This document shows, one piece after another, positions 1 to 12,579 of a stretch of DNA of 64,000 bases (its first letter is position 1; each line of letters begins with the position of its first letter). Origin of the DNA: Camelus ferus (lineage: Eukaryota); NCBI RefSeq assembly GCF_009834535.1, contig NC_045711.1:48546001-48610000 (forward strand). The letters are read 5' to 3'. A program made the translations under genes and the position numbers. Under the pieces are notes generated by a model. The model had not been told where the DNA came from and ran no database searches. It worked only from the letters and a program-made list of their open reading frames with translations.

Positions 1-123
1 AAGAGGGAGGTTAAAGGGACCTCCAGGGCCCTGAGGTTTGTGACCTGACCCAGCCACCCTGCCTTCCCTGCAGCCCTGCCGCTGAGGCCCAGACCTCCCG
101 CCCTGAGGTGGGGACCGGCCAGG

Positions 124-3100
124 ATGAGCAAGCCGTCTGGGGAACTGGCCCACAACCTGGAGCACAGCCTGCCGGCCGTGGCCTCCCTAGGCTCGTCACT
201 GTCACAGAGCCAGAGCCTCTCCTCGCACTTCCTCCCGCCACCGCCAGAGAAGCGCCGGGCCATCTCTGACGTCCGGCGTACCTTCTGTCTCTTTGTCACC
301 TTCGACCTGCTCTTCATCTCCCTGCTCTGGATCATTGAGCTGAACGTGAGTAGGGCGGAGGCTGGGGGCGCAGGCTGTGTTGAGGGAGTTGCCTGGGCCT
401 CAGTGACTCCATTTGCTGTATGGGGGTAGCCTGGGGAGGGGGTTGATTTCCAGGTAAAATGAAGATGAGAAAGTAAGGCAGCAGTTCTCATTTTCCAGAG
501 AAAGAATATGGGGCTCAGAGGGGTTGAATCATTTATCTGAAGTCTCTCAGTAAGTATGTAAAGGAGTCAGGGTTTGAACCCAGACCCTCCCGCTCCAGAG
601 GTCACACTCTGACCTCTGTGCCAATACTGCCCTCTCGTGGACACTCTTGAGAAAGGAGGAGAGGGCCCAGAGGGCCTTGGGTGAGCTATTGAATAACTTT
701 TGTCTTCTTTCTGCCCTCTCTGTCTTCATTCATTCATTCATCAGCAAACGTTTTTTGAACCCCTGCTGTGTCCCAGGCACTGTGCTAAAAGCACAGGGTA
801 GAATGGGGAGCAGCGAGTAAAAACTCCCAGTTCCTAGTGGCGCCAAGCTCTCCATCCCCATTTTGGGCACTCCTCCAGTTTGCCCTCTTGGGTTTGGTGA
901 GATGCCACCTAGCAGTCTGGAGACAGAGCTGCCTGTCAGGGCAGGTCTTGTGCAGTGCTTGGCCAGCTGGCCATGGGGTCTCATCTCTGGGCGCTGACAG
1001 GGCACAGCAGGACCTGACACAGAGGCAGGAGCCATGGGAACAGGGCATCCCAGGCTTGGTCCGGTCCCGGCTTCTCCTCTATAGTAATTGAGTCCCACCT
1101 CAGCAAGGGACTCAGCCTGTCTGAGCTTTCCCATCGTTCCCCTTTATGCAAAGTGGGGCAGAGTTCTGGATGGCAGGTGCCCTTCCTCCAGGTCTCAAGC
1201 TCAGGTGTCAGGAAAACAATGACTCTGTTGCTGAAAATGAGTTTGGAGAAGGGGCCAGTTTAGGGTTGCAGAGGATAAGTTGGATTGTGGGCATGTCGAG
1301 CTGGAGGGGAGGGCAGGGCTCTGTGGGTGACTGTCCTTTGTGCACAGAGATGAACTGGCACCTTCAGTGAGTGGAGCCACAATCACGGAGGACCTTAGGG
1401 ACCATTTAACTGATGAAAGAACTGAGGCCCAACAAGGTTTGGGGCCATTTGAAGAGCTTCCGAGGTCTTAGGCTTTCTTTCTTTTGAAGGTTCCATCCAG
1501 CATCAGAAAGCAGGCACTAAAATTCATCCCCATCCTTCATTCAATATATATTTTCTTGCCGGAAAAGAGCTGAAAATTTTTGATAATTTTACTTTTGAAA
1601 TTCTCTGACTGTATTGGTTGTAATAGCTCAGCTGTCATCATGTAGACTTGCGAATTCTTGCAAACTGAGAAAAATCTAACCTCCAAATTGTTTTCAAACA
1701 TGATGAAAAGTTTCAGAATGCCAGATAACAGTATTAGCAGAATTAGCATAATGTTTAACTTGGTAGATTAACTAAAATTTTATTAATTTCCAATTTTGTC
1801 ACTTTATTTTTGTATTTAGGAGCATATATATTTTTAGTTTTCTAACAGACTGTGCGTTGCCCAGTGGATACAAGACCCTCGCAAGGTCTTGCAGCCAGAG
1901 CTTGGCAAAGGAGGGGCTGGCGCTGTCCTGAGTCCTGACACAATCGGTGCAAGCGGGTACCCAGGCAGAGAAAGAGTTCTCTGAAAAGAGAAAAAGATGG
2001 AGAACAGAGCTTTGTTAGGGGTGGGAGAGGCTGTGGAGCCCAAAAGGGCAGTCTGAGGAATAAGAGGAGGGCCAGGCTGGGGTGGGGTGGGGTGTCAGGC
2101 CAAGGGCAGGGGGGCGTTTGACTCCAGGGGACTCAGAGTGGTCCTAAGGTAGAAGCACGTGGTGATGTGTCAGAGGCTCGAGTGTCAGTGAGGAGATGTC
2201 CAGACTGCTGGCTCCTGCCCTGAGCATCAGAATCACCCGGGAGCTTTATAACGATTCCAGATGCTCAGCTCACCTTGAGATTCAGACCCAGTGGTCTGAA
2301 CAGCTGTGTCTTTAACAAGTTCCCCCCACCGCCCCCTCCCCAATTTGGATCATCTGCCAGGGATTAGAAGCCCCAGTCTAGGAGGTTATGAAGGGTCTTC
2401 CCCTCAGGACTCCTGGGCTCCATTCCCCTTGTGTCCCTGATTCTCCGGGGGCTGGTGCCCCCACCTGCAGAGGCATAGGCCTGCCAGCCCACTCCTACTG
2501 AGGCATCAAGCTGCAGTCTAGTTCTCGGTGTCCATCCAGACCCTCACTCCCCAGCCAGGGACTCGGGGATCCCATTGAAAATATGTGGTTGGCTGGGGCA
2601 GAGGCAAGGACCAGTCTGCTCACTCTCCACTCCCTCGTCTCTAGCAGCGTGATGGATTTTGCCCATTAAGCACAAACCTAATCAATTGATTTGCCACCTG
2701 GGGCTCCGTCTGACTGCCCACTGCCCACCCCCGGCCCCATCACCCCAGATGGATGGTTGGCTGGGAAGATGGAGCACCGCAGTGGTGGGAGGGAGATAAA
2801 ATTATGTGAGAGGCAAGCTCCCAGCCCCCTGTCTGCCAGCCCTACCTACCTGCATGGGGCGTCTTGCCTCCCCTGCACAGCCCCAAGGCCCTCCACGCTT
2901 ATCCCTTTCTGGGCACTGGGCCCATGAGTGTCAGAGTCTCTACTCAGTCCTGCCTGTCTGGGCTGCCTGGATCCTTAGAGGAACATTATGAGTGCTGGGG
3001 GTCTCAGGCCTCTGGCTGCCCACCCCCCTCTCCCCCACCATGCCTCCGGAGCCTCCTTGGGTGGTAGCTTAGCATTTACAGCCTCTCCTCCAGGTTCCAC

Positions 3101-6100
3101 CCTGCCGCTGCCCCCTCCTCTCCAGCAGGATGAGGGGCAGACCCGGGGACTTGGTTCTGCTTGTAGAGCTATTCCTATCTCCCTCCTCCAGACCAACACA
3201 GGCATCCAGAAGAACCTGGAGCAGGAGATCATCCACTACAGCTTTAAAACTTCCTTCTTTGACATCTTTGTGAGTAGCCTTGGGGAGTCTGGGGGCAGAG
3301 AGGGCAGGGGGATGTGGCTCTTCAGCTGTCTTCTCTTCTTCCTGCAACACACATCCTACTCTGATCAGGGAGACTTGGCTTCCATCTCATTGTTAAGCAG
3401 GTTCCTAAATGAGGCCCCAGCTTCAGAGAACCCGAAGTGGGAGGGGAGGACAAGACCACTGTCCAATAAGGTCACTTCCAAGTCCTCCACAAAGAAAACA
3501 CTGACTCGGCCATTCTCTCCTGGGGCATGCACACCATGTGGAGGGATCCTGGTGGGGCAGGACTGGAGGGGAGGCCAGCCTCCAGCAGAGGTAGGACGAT
3601 TGGCTTGTCTGTGATGGCTCCCCCTCCCACTCCACCCCCTCGCCAGGTCCTGGCTTTCTTCCGCTTTTCCGGACTGCTCCTGGGCTATGCTGTGCTGCGG
3701 CTCCGGCACTGGTGGGTGATTGCGGTAAGATGCCACTTTCCTGGCAGTTCTCGGGCCCTGGCAGGGCTGGTGCAAGAGATGAGATGGAGGAGGACTCACT
3801 ACCCAGCCTCTGTGTTTGCTCTCTCCTTTCTTCCCTCCCCTGGGCAGGTCACGACGCTGGTGTCCAGTGCATTCCTCATTGTCAAGGTCATCCTCTCTGA
3901 GGTCAGTGGCTCAGGGTCTGGCTGGTCTGGTGGGCATCTGGCCTGAGGGTTGGGCTTCTGCCCAGGAGAGAGTACTTCTCTGATTTTGGGTGTCTGTCCC
4001 TATTGTCAGGGTCAGGGTGAGAGGGAATCCTGACCTTAGATATTTCTAAGGACTCATCTTCACTGGTGTTCCCCACTTGCCCACTGCAACGCCCAAGAGC
4101 AGAAAGTTCCTCCTTCAGTCTAATCTCAGTTTATCCTGCTGCAGAATTCATTAATCTGTCCATCTCAGAGGCATGTGCCACAGAGTGTCCCTAAGCAGCT
4201 GGTACCAGGAGTTGGGTGTATGCCAGAGTTCGTAGCCCCAGGGTGGGACTTTGGGTTTGGGGTGACCCCCTGCCTTGGAGCTCAGCCCCCTTCCTCCACA
4301 GCTGCTCAGCAAAGGGGCATTTGGCTACTTGCTTCCCATCGTCTCCTTTGTCCTCGCCTGGTTGGAGACCTGGTTCCTTGACTTCAAAGTCCTACCCCAG
4401 GAAGCCGAGGAGGAGCGATGTGAGTGCTGGGGGGTGAGGGGATACAGTAAGGGTCAAGAGAGGAGAGTTTCAGGCATGAGAGCGAGTTCTGAGCTGTCTT
4501 GCCAACTCTGCCTCCAAGAGCCTTAGGGTGAACCTGGGCCGGGGACCCCGGCTGCTAAGGCACAACTGTGCTTGTTTGGGGACACTGGCTGCCTGTGTCT
4601 GCTCCCCCAGGGTATCTTGCTGCCCAGGCTGCAGTTGCCCGAGGACCCCTGCTCTTCTCCAGTGCTCTGTCCGAGGGCCAGTTCTATTCACCCCCAGAAT
4701 CCTTTGCAGGTGAGGGCTGGTGGGTGGGGGAACTGCCTTCAAGGAGGGGCTTTATGAGGAGTCGGTTGGCTGGGTCTGTTCTTTTTATTCCTTCTATCAG
4801 CTCCCTGGGGAGAGCGAGCAGCCCTCTCCCACACACACTTTTATCCCCCCACATCACTGCTCTTGTATCCGCACCCCACTGCCTCCCCGCACTCTCTCCC
4901 CACCTCTTCCCATTGTCATCTGTGCTGGTTTTCTGCAGGGTCTGATAACGAATCAGATGAAGAAGTTGTTGGGAAGAAAAGCTTCTCTGCCCAGGTATTT
5001 GGCTGTCTGTCTCCACCCCGGGTGGGCATCCCAGAGAGGGGCCAGTGCTGGGCTCTGCCCAGGTGGTCAGGGGCTTCCCAGCAGAGGGTAGACGTTAGGC
5101 AGCCTGAAGGCCAGTCTGTCCATCTGAGTGTCTGCCCTGCTGTCGGTCAGGCCCACTGGTCTGCTTCCTGCCTGGGGCCCAGGTAGGGGTGGCGGGAGCA
5201 GCTACAGTCCCAGGAACCCTGTAGGGCCCAGCAGACCAGCCGAGACCCCACATCTGGCTGCGTCAGGCTTCCTTAAGAGATGTGTGGAGTGTCTAGAGCA
5301 AGACTGGGCCATGACCAGCTAGGGTGCAGATCCCAGGCTGAGCCTTTCCTGCCTCCCATCCCTGGCCAGGAGCGGGAGTACATCCATCAGGGGAAGGAGG
5401 CCATGGCAGTGGTGGACCAGATCTTGGCCCAGGAGGAGAACTGGAAGTTTGAGAAGAATAATGTAAGCGACCTCTTCCTGCCTGCCCTGCCCACATGTGC
5501 TGAGAGTTGTCTTGTGGGGAGTTTTCGCTCCCTTTTCTGAGGCCTGAGAAACAAGCCCAAGAACTGCGTGGGTTGGAACCATATTCCTGCCCCAGGAGAG
5601 GAGGCTGGATCCTGGGGTCGGCCACTTGGCTGGACTGGATTGGATGTTTCCACTGCCCCTCCTCCTGCTTCCACTCTCTGCCCCCCCCCCACCTCCCTGT
5701 TGCTCTGCTCCCTGGGTTCCAGCTTCAAAGGGGAAGCCAGGCTTCTGCCCTGTGTCCGGTGTTTTGTTTCATGATCAAAACAATATTATCTAAAAGGATG
5801 GCAGAGAGCTTGGAAAATAGAGGGAAGACATCCTCGTTGCTGTCTCTGGCCAGTCCCTCTGGCAGCCCTTGTCGGCCTGGAGACGCGGTCCTTCGTGGCT
5901 GCAGCCACAGCTGTGCTTTTGCCTTTTAACTTGATATCAAAAGCCTTTCTCTCCTCATTGCAGGACATTTGTCAGAACCACTATTTTTCAATGGCTGCTC
6001 ACATATCCCCAAACTACTGGAGTTTTCTCCCCTGAGCCGTTAGAATCCTGTCCTACCTGTCACCCATTCCTGTCCCCCAGGCCCCCGCCCTGCTCTGCCC

Positions 6101-8836
6101 TCCACTCACCTCCCTGTCACCCTTGTGACCCTGACACAGGAATATGGGGACACTGTGTACACCATCGAGGTTCCCTTTCATGGCAAGACCTTCATCCTGA
6201 AGGTGAGTGAGGGAAGCGGTGTCCAGGAACCTCCTGCTCTGTCTGGGACTCTAGGCGGGGGCCGGGGGTGGGGCACCCTCCAGCAGGTTTCTCCCATCTG
6301 GAGGGAAGGGCTGGTGTGCCTGAGTACATCTGGCACCACCCTGCCCCAGACCTTCCTGCCCTGCCCCGCGGAGCTGGTGTACCAGGAGGTGATCCTGCAG
6401 CCCGAGAGGATGGTGCTGTGGAACAAGACGGTGACCGCCTGCCAGGTGAGCCGAGCCAGGGGGCCTGGCCTGGCCACCCCTCAGGGCAGAGGCAGAGCAA
6501 CGTGCTGGATCAGGGTACAGTCATAATCCAGCGTGATCACTTACCCCCAGGGGACCTGGTCACCTCATTGGACTGCTCCGTGCCTCAGCTTCCCCATCTG
6601 TGGAATGGGGATAGTGGTAATAGTGCCTCCTGGAGAGGGTTGGGAAACTGGAAAGAGGGAGTGCTCAGAGCGCCTGGCCCAGTACCCATGAATGGGAACG
6701 GCTCTTAGTTCAGGGGACTGAGCAGAAAGCAGGCTGGCCTGGAGGTTTCCTGAGGAGCTGGGACCCTTCTCTGGGGTTTTCCTGGGGTGGCTGCACCTCA
6801 CGTCTGCCCTGGCGCCCACAGATCCTGCAGCGAGTAGAAGACAACACCCTCATCTCCTACGATGTGTCTTCAGGGGCTGCAGGCGGTGTGGTCTCCCCCA
6901 GGTGAGTGCCCACCAAGTGCCCTCCTCCCTCGGGCAGGCCGGCTGTCCTTGGACCTTGGTCTTGGCACCCCCTGATCTAACCCTCCCTCCCCTAGGGACT
7001 TCGTGAACGTCCGACGCATCGAGCGGCGCAGAGACCGATACCTGTCATCGGGCATCGCCACCACCCACTGTGCCAAGCCCCCGACACATAAATACGTCAG
7101 GTGAGCCCCGCCTTGCCTGGGGTCCTCTGAGCTGGCCCCTCCCCTGGTGGCTGTGGGGACAGAGCAAGGTCAGTGTGTACAGCTGGGCATTTTGTCCTGC
7201 CAAGGCCACCTCCCTGTCCTCTGTCTCACTGGGCTTTGCCCCTCCAGCCCCTAATCCTGCTTATCTGCTGGAGTCTGCGGAATAGCAGCTAGAGCCTCCA
7301 CCAGGCTGGAGGGCAGCTCTAGGGAAGACTGTGGATGGTGGTAAATAGGGACCAGCCCGGGGAAGGGGGCTGGGAGCCAGGACCTGAGCAGGAGGGTGTG
7401 CTTTCGGAGCTTCACCTTCTGGCCCTTTCACCCCCTTCTCCCTGTGCCGTGGCCTTGCCTTTTCCCAGAGTGCTCACTCAGAAGTCCCTCTCAGTGAGAA
7501 GAGGCGTCAGTTTTCCTGCTGGTTATTCCAGCAGTTTCCAGTTCCCCTGCTGTCTAATCCTACGCTGCCGGGGGCCTCCTCCCGGATACCCCACTCTTTC
7601 CCTTCGGTCCTGGGGTTCCACAGAGAGCAGTGTTCTTTGAGTGTGGGCCTAGGGGCTCTGGTCTCCCCATGAGCACAGACTTGCTGGGTGATGGACAAGT
7701 TCATTTCCTTTCTGAGTACCAACTTCCTTATCTACGGAGTCAGGGGCAAATTAAATGGAGATGGGATGTGAACCATACAGCGCAGGCCTTGATGCCTCCT
7801 GAGAAGGCGCCCCCTCCTGGAGCCCAGCAGCACTGCACTGCTCCCAGAGCTGGGCGAGAGTGATAAGCGCTCGCGCAGCCCACCCCTTCACAGCTAGAAC
7901 AGACGTAGATTCCCTGGACAAAGTAGACGAGGGCTGGGAAGGTAGTAAGCTCCCTGCCACTGGGGGCTGTGTAAACATCAGCAGGCTGTTGTAGGAGGGT
8001 TTGAGCAGCACATGGCAGGTGGAGGTGGAGGCTGTATCCTGTGGCCTCTGGGACACCTGTCCTGGGCCTTGCCCAGTCAGGGGAGGGGTTGCTAGACCAG
8101 CAACTCCCTTATCTCTTACACCGTAGCCTAAGATGGGCCAAGAATGGGGTAGGGTGATGGGGGTCAAGGGTTCTGCCTGGTTCCAAGATCCCCTCCATTG
8201 GTGCCTCTTTCCTCAGGGGCGAGAATGGTCCTGGGGGCTTCATCGTGCTCAAGCCGGCCAATAATCCTCGAGTCTGCACCTTCATCTGGATCCTTAATAC
8301 AGATCTCAAGGTGGGGGTGCTAGGCCTGCGAGGCAGGCTTGGTGGAGTGGAAGGGACTCTGCTGTGTGACCTTGGGCACTCCCTCCCCTACTCTGTTTCC
8401 TTTCTTACTCTAAAATTGGGGTCAGGGTCCAAATGGTCTTCTCACCCTGCTTGCTGGTGGGCCTGTGCCTCCCCTTTCTTACCTCTGACTCCCAGGCCCC
8501 AAGGAAGGACATCTGGCCGCCAGCCTAGCCCCTCCCAGGTCTGTTTGTGTGGCTCATGCCAAGATCCGGCACGGCATGTTCTCCCTGCCAGGGGTGGGGA
8601 GAGGGCGGCCAGGCTGCATTCCAGAGCTGCACCTGGGTTCTGGCCCAGAGCACCCCTTGCTGGTGCCGGTTGTCAAAGAGGAGCCCCTGTGGAGGGCAAG
8701 CCTCCCTGGAACTGTTTCTTGCCTCCCCCAGGGCCGCCTGCCTCGGTACCTCATCCACCAGAGCCTCGCAGCCACCATGTTTGAATTTGCCTTTCACCTG
8801 CGGCAGCGCATTGGCGAGCTAGGCGCCCGGGCGTAA
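124..8836 (+). CDS. STARD3: StAR-related lipid transfer protein 3 (MLN64), 446 aa, 14 coding exons
   Basis: join(124..345,3192..3269,3647..3724,3848..3901,4302..4419,4611..4709,4939..4994,5370..5462,6140..6202,6350..6445,6822..6901,6996..7100,8217..8310,8732..8836)=1341 nt, all GT-AG. MENTAL domain ([24 protein letters not shown]), phospho-FFAT QFYSPPE (4679..4699), START domain ([30 protein letters not shown]). Acceptor of the first coding exon at 73/74; the non-coding exon 1 lies upstream of the window. Confidence 0.98.
485..815 (-). mobile_element. MIR fragment (485..615) and L2 3' end (725..815)
   Basis: CTCATTTTCCAGAG..GGGCTCAGAGGGGTT..GGGTTTGAACCCAG; CATTCATTCATTCA..CTGTGTCCCAGGCACTGTGCTA. 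Confidence 0.6.
2205..2360. mobile_element. MER5-type (hAT-Charlie) remnant
   Basis: GCATCAGAATCACCCGGGAGCTT...TGTCTTTAACAAGTTCCCC motifs. Confidence 0.55.
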
Positions 8837-9465
8837 GCACGCCCCATCACCACCCTGCAGGCCAGGGGCCTGTCGCTACAGCCTCCAGAGCCAGAGAGGG
8901 GGCCGGTTGGGCCTCCTGCTGCCCACAGAGGACCCGGCCTCAAACAGTGGGGAGGAAGAAGCTTCCTCCACAGCAGGCAGCACCTTGGCCCCAAGGTGCC
9001 GCCCTTGACCACACGTCACTGTGCCTGGCAGCCATGGCTGTGAGCACGTGGAGGGCTCAAGCATCTGGACTCTGCCACTGAGGCGAGTGGGGTCTGTCCT
9101 GCCAACATTTGCATGGTGTCCCTGCCTCCTGGAGGAGGAGATCCACTGTGCCCTACCTGGCCAGGGGCAGGGTCTGGAATGGAAGCCTCAGACTTTGTTG
9201 GGGAGGACCAGGGCCCTGGGTAGGACGGAGGTCTGGTCAGCCTTGTCACCAGCATGAAGGTGCAGGAGCCCCTTCATCTGCCTGCTCTCTCATCACAGTT
9301 TTTTAGGATTATTTAAAGGGTCTGGGACCTTTTTCCACTTGTACTTGCAGGAGTGCGGGTGGCAGGTTGGGGTGCTGGGTGCTGGCAGCAAACCTGCCTC
9401 TCCCAGGTTCTTTCCAGGTTGCCTCCCCACCAGGGCCTCCTTGGGGACCTTTGTAATTTGAGCCA

Positions 9466-9471
9466 ATTACA
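9466..9471 (+). terminator. Probable STARD3 poly(A) signal (non-canonical ATTACA)
   Basis: GCCAATTACAAACATGAAC about 630 nt after the stop. I saw no AATAAA between the STARD3 stop and TCAP. Confidence 0.4.
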
Positions 9472-11256
9472 AACATGAACTCCAAAAAAGACAAAGCAGC
9501 TCCTCCAGCCTGGCCTCTTGAGGGAAGTCAAGGGCAGCACCTTGGAGCTCGGGGAGGAGCCACTGCTGCAACCAACACATCACACACCCTCTCACCCTCC
9601 CAGAGCCGAGGAGGATGGAGTCACTGGGGACCCAGTTCCTGGAACCCCCCTTCTCACAACTTTCCTGAATGGTTCAGCTGGGCAGATGACTGGTCAGAGA
9701 AAAGTTCCCCGCCTCCCTGCCAGGTCTCCTGTGAGGGAAGGTCAGGTCAAGGTCTCCAGCCCAGGATGGGGAGGGGGAGTAGGGAGAGCCCCGGCAGTAC
9801 CCACAGCAGGCCTTGGCTGCTCCTGGTGTCCCAAGGTCAGGGCGGGGACAGGGGTGTGGAGGGGATGGGGCAGGAGGTGGGGCCTGGACTTCTGGGTCAC
9901 TGACTCTGGAATCCCAGCCCCTGAGCTCCACTCACCTGCCCTCCTGTCCCACCACACTGGGGCCACCAGGATACTTGCCCTCTCTGCTTGCCTGCAGGCC
10001 TCCAGAGGAGGTAACTTGCTTAGAGCCATGGGGTGGGGGGGGGTGCTGTGTTGTGGGGAGAGCCCCTCTCGGTCCTGGTTAGGCGTATGACCCTGGGCAA
10101 ATCTACCTCTCTGAACCTCCATCTCCTACTTTGTAAAAGCTGTTGTAAGATTAAAAGGTATCAAGAATCAGGTGTAGTGCCTCAGTGATCCCAGGCATGC
10201 AGCTCTGCCCCAGGTGGGGCCCATGGGCCTCACCACTAGGTTCTCATCGCAGCTCCCAGCCCTGCCTCTCACCCTGGTGCCCTGTACTCTGTCCACTCAG
10301 TGTCGCCCTCATTCCCCATCCCCAAGGGCCCACCACCCTGTGTGCCAGCTTCTTGCAGCACAAGTTGCTGCTCCTGGTGCTGGGCTGCCCAGGAGCCTTC
10401 CTACTGGCCGGGGGTGAGAGCCAGGCCCCTCCCACGTGGCACCTTGGAGCTGGCAGGACCCAGAGTTCTTCTGATAAGGCCATTGTGACCAGAAAGTGGG
10501 GGAAATGAGGCCCAGAGAGGGACAGAAGCTGATCCATAGTCACACTGCCTATTTGTGGCTGATATGGGGCTAGAGCCAGATCTGACTGCCACTCACTGGA
10601 GCCCCAGGATTCTCATCTCACCCCACTTGAGGTGTTGGTAGAGCTGGGGGCCACCTCCCACACCTGCTCCCTCGGCCCCGACTGGCCCGACTTGGGAGAC
10701 TACTTCTTTGGCCACGGGCCATGCAAAAAGAAAACATACCTGGGAAAGGTTCGTGTCCAGAATCGCAGGTATAGAATTAGCTTCCAGTACCCCTGCTGGT
10801 GTAGTGGCAGTTGGGGACCAGGCCATCGGGTGCAGATGCCTGAGGACTTGGCAGCACTGTTCCTGCATTGAGGGGCACTGTCAGGGGATGTGCCCTCGAG
10901 CCCAGGCAGAGGAGAGCAGTAGGGATGGGAGTTGACGGCCTGGTACAGAGCCCAGAGGGGGCCTTGGTTTCTGCTGTTTCCTGCTCTGTTTACAGACAGA
11001 CCGCTGTCCTCCCTGGGTGAGGAGGAGGGGGTGGGGCAGAGGGCAAGTGCCAAGGTTGCACGAGGCTGGGCATGTGCCTGGCTCCAGATAGTGTCTGAGG
11101 AGTGACAGACACCTGGAGGTGTCACTCTGAGGACCCCTGCTCCCACCAGACTATCTTGATCTCTTCAGGAGCTGACCTCTGACCTGGGGGCAGCCAGAGT
11201 CCAGGTACCCCAAGCCCCGCCCTGGGCCCAGAGTCCTCCATCAGTGAGTCTTGGCT

Positions 11257-11329
11257 CTGTTTATAGCATCTGACGCCAGAGGGGCTGAAAATAGCCCCTG
11301 GAGGAGGGGGAGGAGGGGGCTATTTAAAG
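11257..11329 (+). promoter_or_regulatory. TCAP muscle promoter: three MEF2-like A/T elements plus an E-box
   Basis: CTGTTTATAG 11257..11266, CATCTG 11267..11272, CTGAAAATAG 11285..11294 (flanked by inverted GGGGCT/AGCCCC), CTATTTAAAG 11320..11329 (MEF2/TATA-like), 40-115 nt upstream of the ATG. Confidence 0.7.
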
Positions 11330-11370
11330 GACCTGGGAGGATCAGAGTCCAGAGAGAGTGAGCAGTGATC

Positions 11371-12124
11371 ATGGCCACTTCAGAGCTGAGCTGCCAGGTG
11401 TCCGAGGAGGACTGTGAGCACCGAGAGGCCTTCTGGGCTGAGTGGAAGGATCTGACACTGTCCACACGGCCTGAGGAGGGGTGAGTCCTGGCCTGCCAGC
11501 GTCCTTCCTCCCCTCCCCTAGAGCACCCTCCCTGAGACTTACTAGGCCAGAGCACAAAGCCCAGGAGAAGCTGAGGGGAGGGAGCAAGGAGGGGACCCAC
11601 TGGGGAGAGTGAAGTCAAGTCGCCCTTCCTGCACCCCAGGTCCTGGCAGCCCCAGGAAGCCCCGTCACCCAGGCCCCGACCTGAGGGCAGCAGCTCCCAG
11701 GAGTTCAGAGTCCCCTTGCCCTCTCCTTCCCAGTTGCTCCCTGCATGAGGAGGATGCCCTGCGGCGTGAAACCTACCACCAGCAGGGGCAGTGCCAGGCG
11801 CTGGTGCAGCGTTCCCCCTGGCTTGTGATGCGGATGGGCATCCTCGGCCGCGGGCTGCAGGAGTACCAGCTGCCCTACCAGCGGGTGCTGCCGCTGCCCA
11901 TCTTCACCCCCGCCAAGGTGGGTGCCAAGGAGGAGCGCGAGGAGACCCCCATCCAGCTGCAGGACCTGCTGGCACTGGAAACAGCCCTGGGTGGCCAGTG
12001 TATGGACCGCCAGGACGTGAACGAGATCACCAAGCAGCTGCCCCCCGTGGTGCCTGTCAGCAAGCCCGGTGCCCTTCGTCGCTCCCTGTCTCGCTCCATG
12101 TCCCAGGAAGCACAGAGAGGCTGA
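11371..12124 (+). CDS. TCAP: Telethonin / titin-cap, 166 aa, 2 exons
   Basis: join(11371..11480,11734..12124)=501 nt. MATSELSCQVSEEDCEHREAFWAEWKDLTLSTRPEEG|CSLHEED...RRSLSRSMSQEAQRG. Confidence 0.98.
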
Positions 12125-12573
12125 GAGGGACGGTGACTTGGGCCCCACTGTGCCTGCCCTGGGCTGGGCCCTTCCTGGCTAGGACCATGGAGGGGAGCTG
12201 CTGGCCATGGATGCTTTGTAGTTTGCCCAGAGTTGGGGGCTAGGGGAGGAGGGAGCCAGAGGCCAGGATGCCTGGGTCTCCTATGTTCCCAAAGGGAGGG
12301 GAGCAAAGGCGGTGGGCACTAAGGGTGGAGAGCTGGGGGCCAGCACAGCCGAGTACCCCTAGCCCCAGGAGGAAGGACAAAAGATGCTAGTGAAGGCAAG
12401 AGGTCCTTGAGAGGAGTGACCCCAGTCCAGGCTTCAGCTGCAAAGAAGGATGAGGGAAAATGTCAGGGGATCTGGAATGGTCCAGGAAGGAGGCTTGGAG
12501 AAGACTGGAGGGAGGGGGACGTGAAGAGGGCAGAGGCTGGGTGGAGCCCCCAACACCCTCTTGTTAGTGCTGC

Positions 12574-12579
12574 AATAAA
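12574..12579 (+). terminator. TCAP poly(A) signal
   Basis: AATAAA 450 nt after the TCAP stop. Confidence 0.85.
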
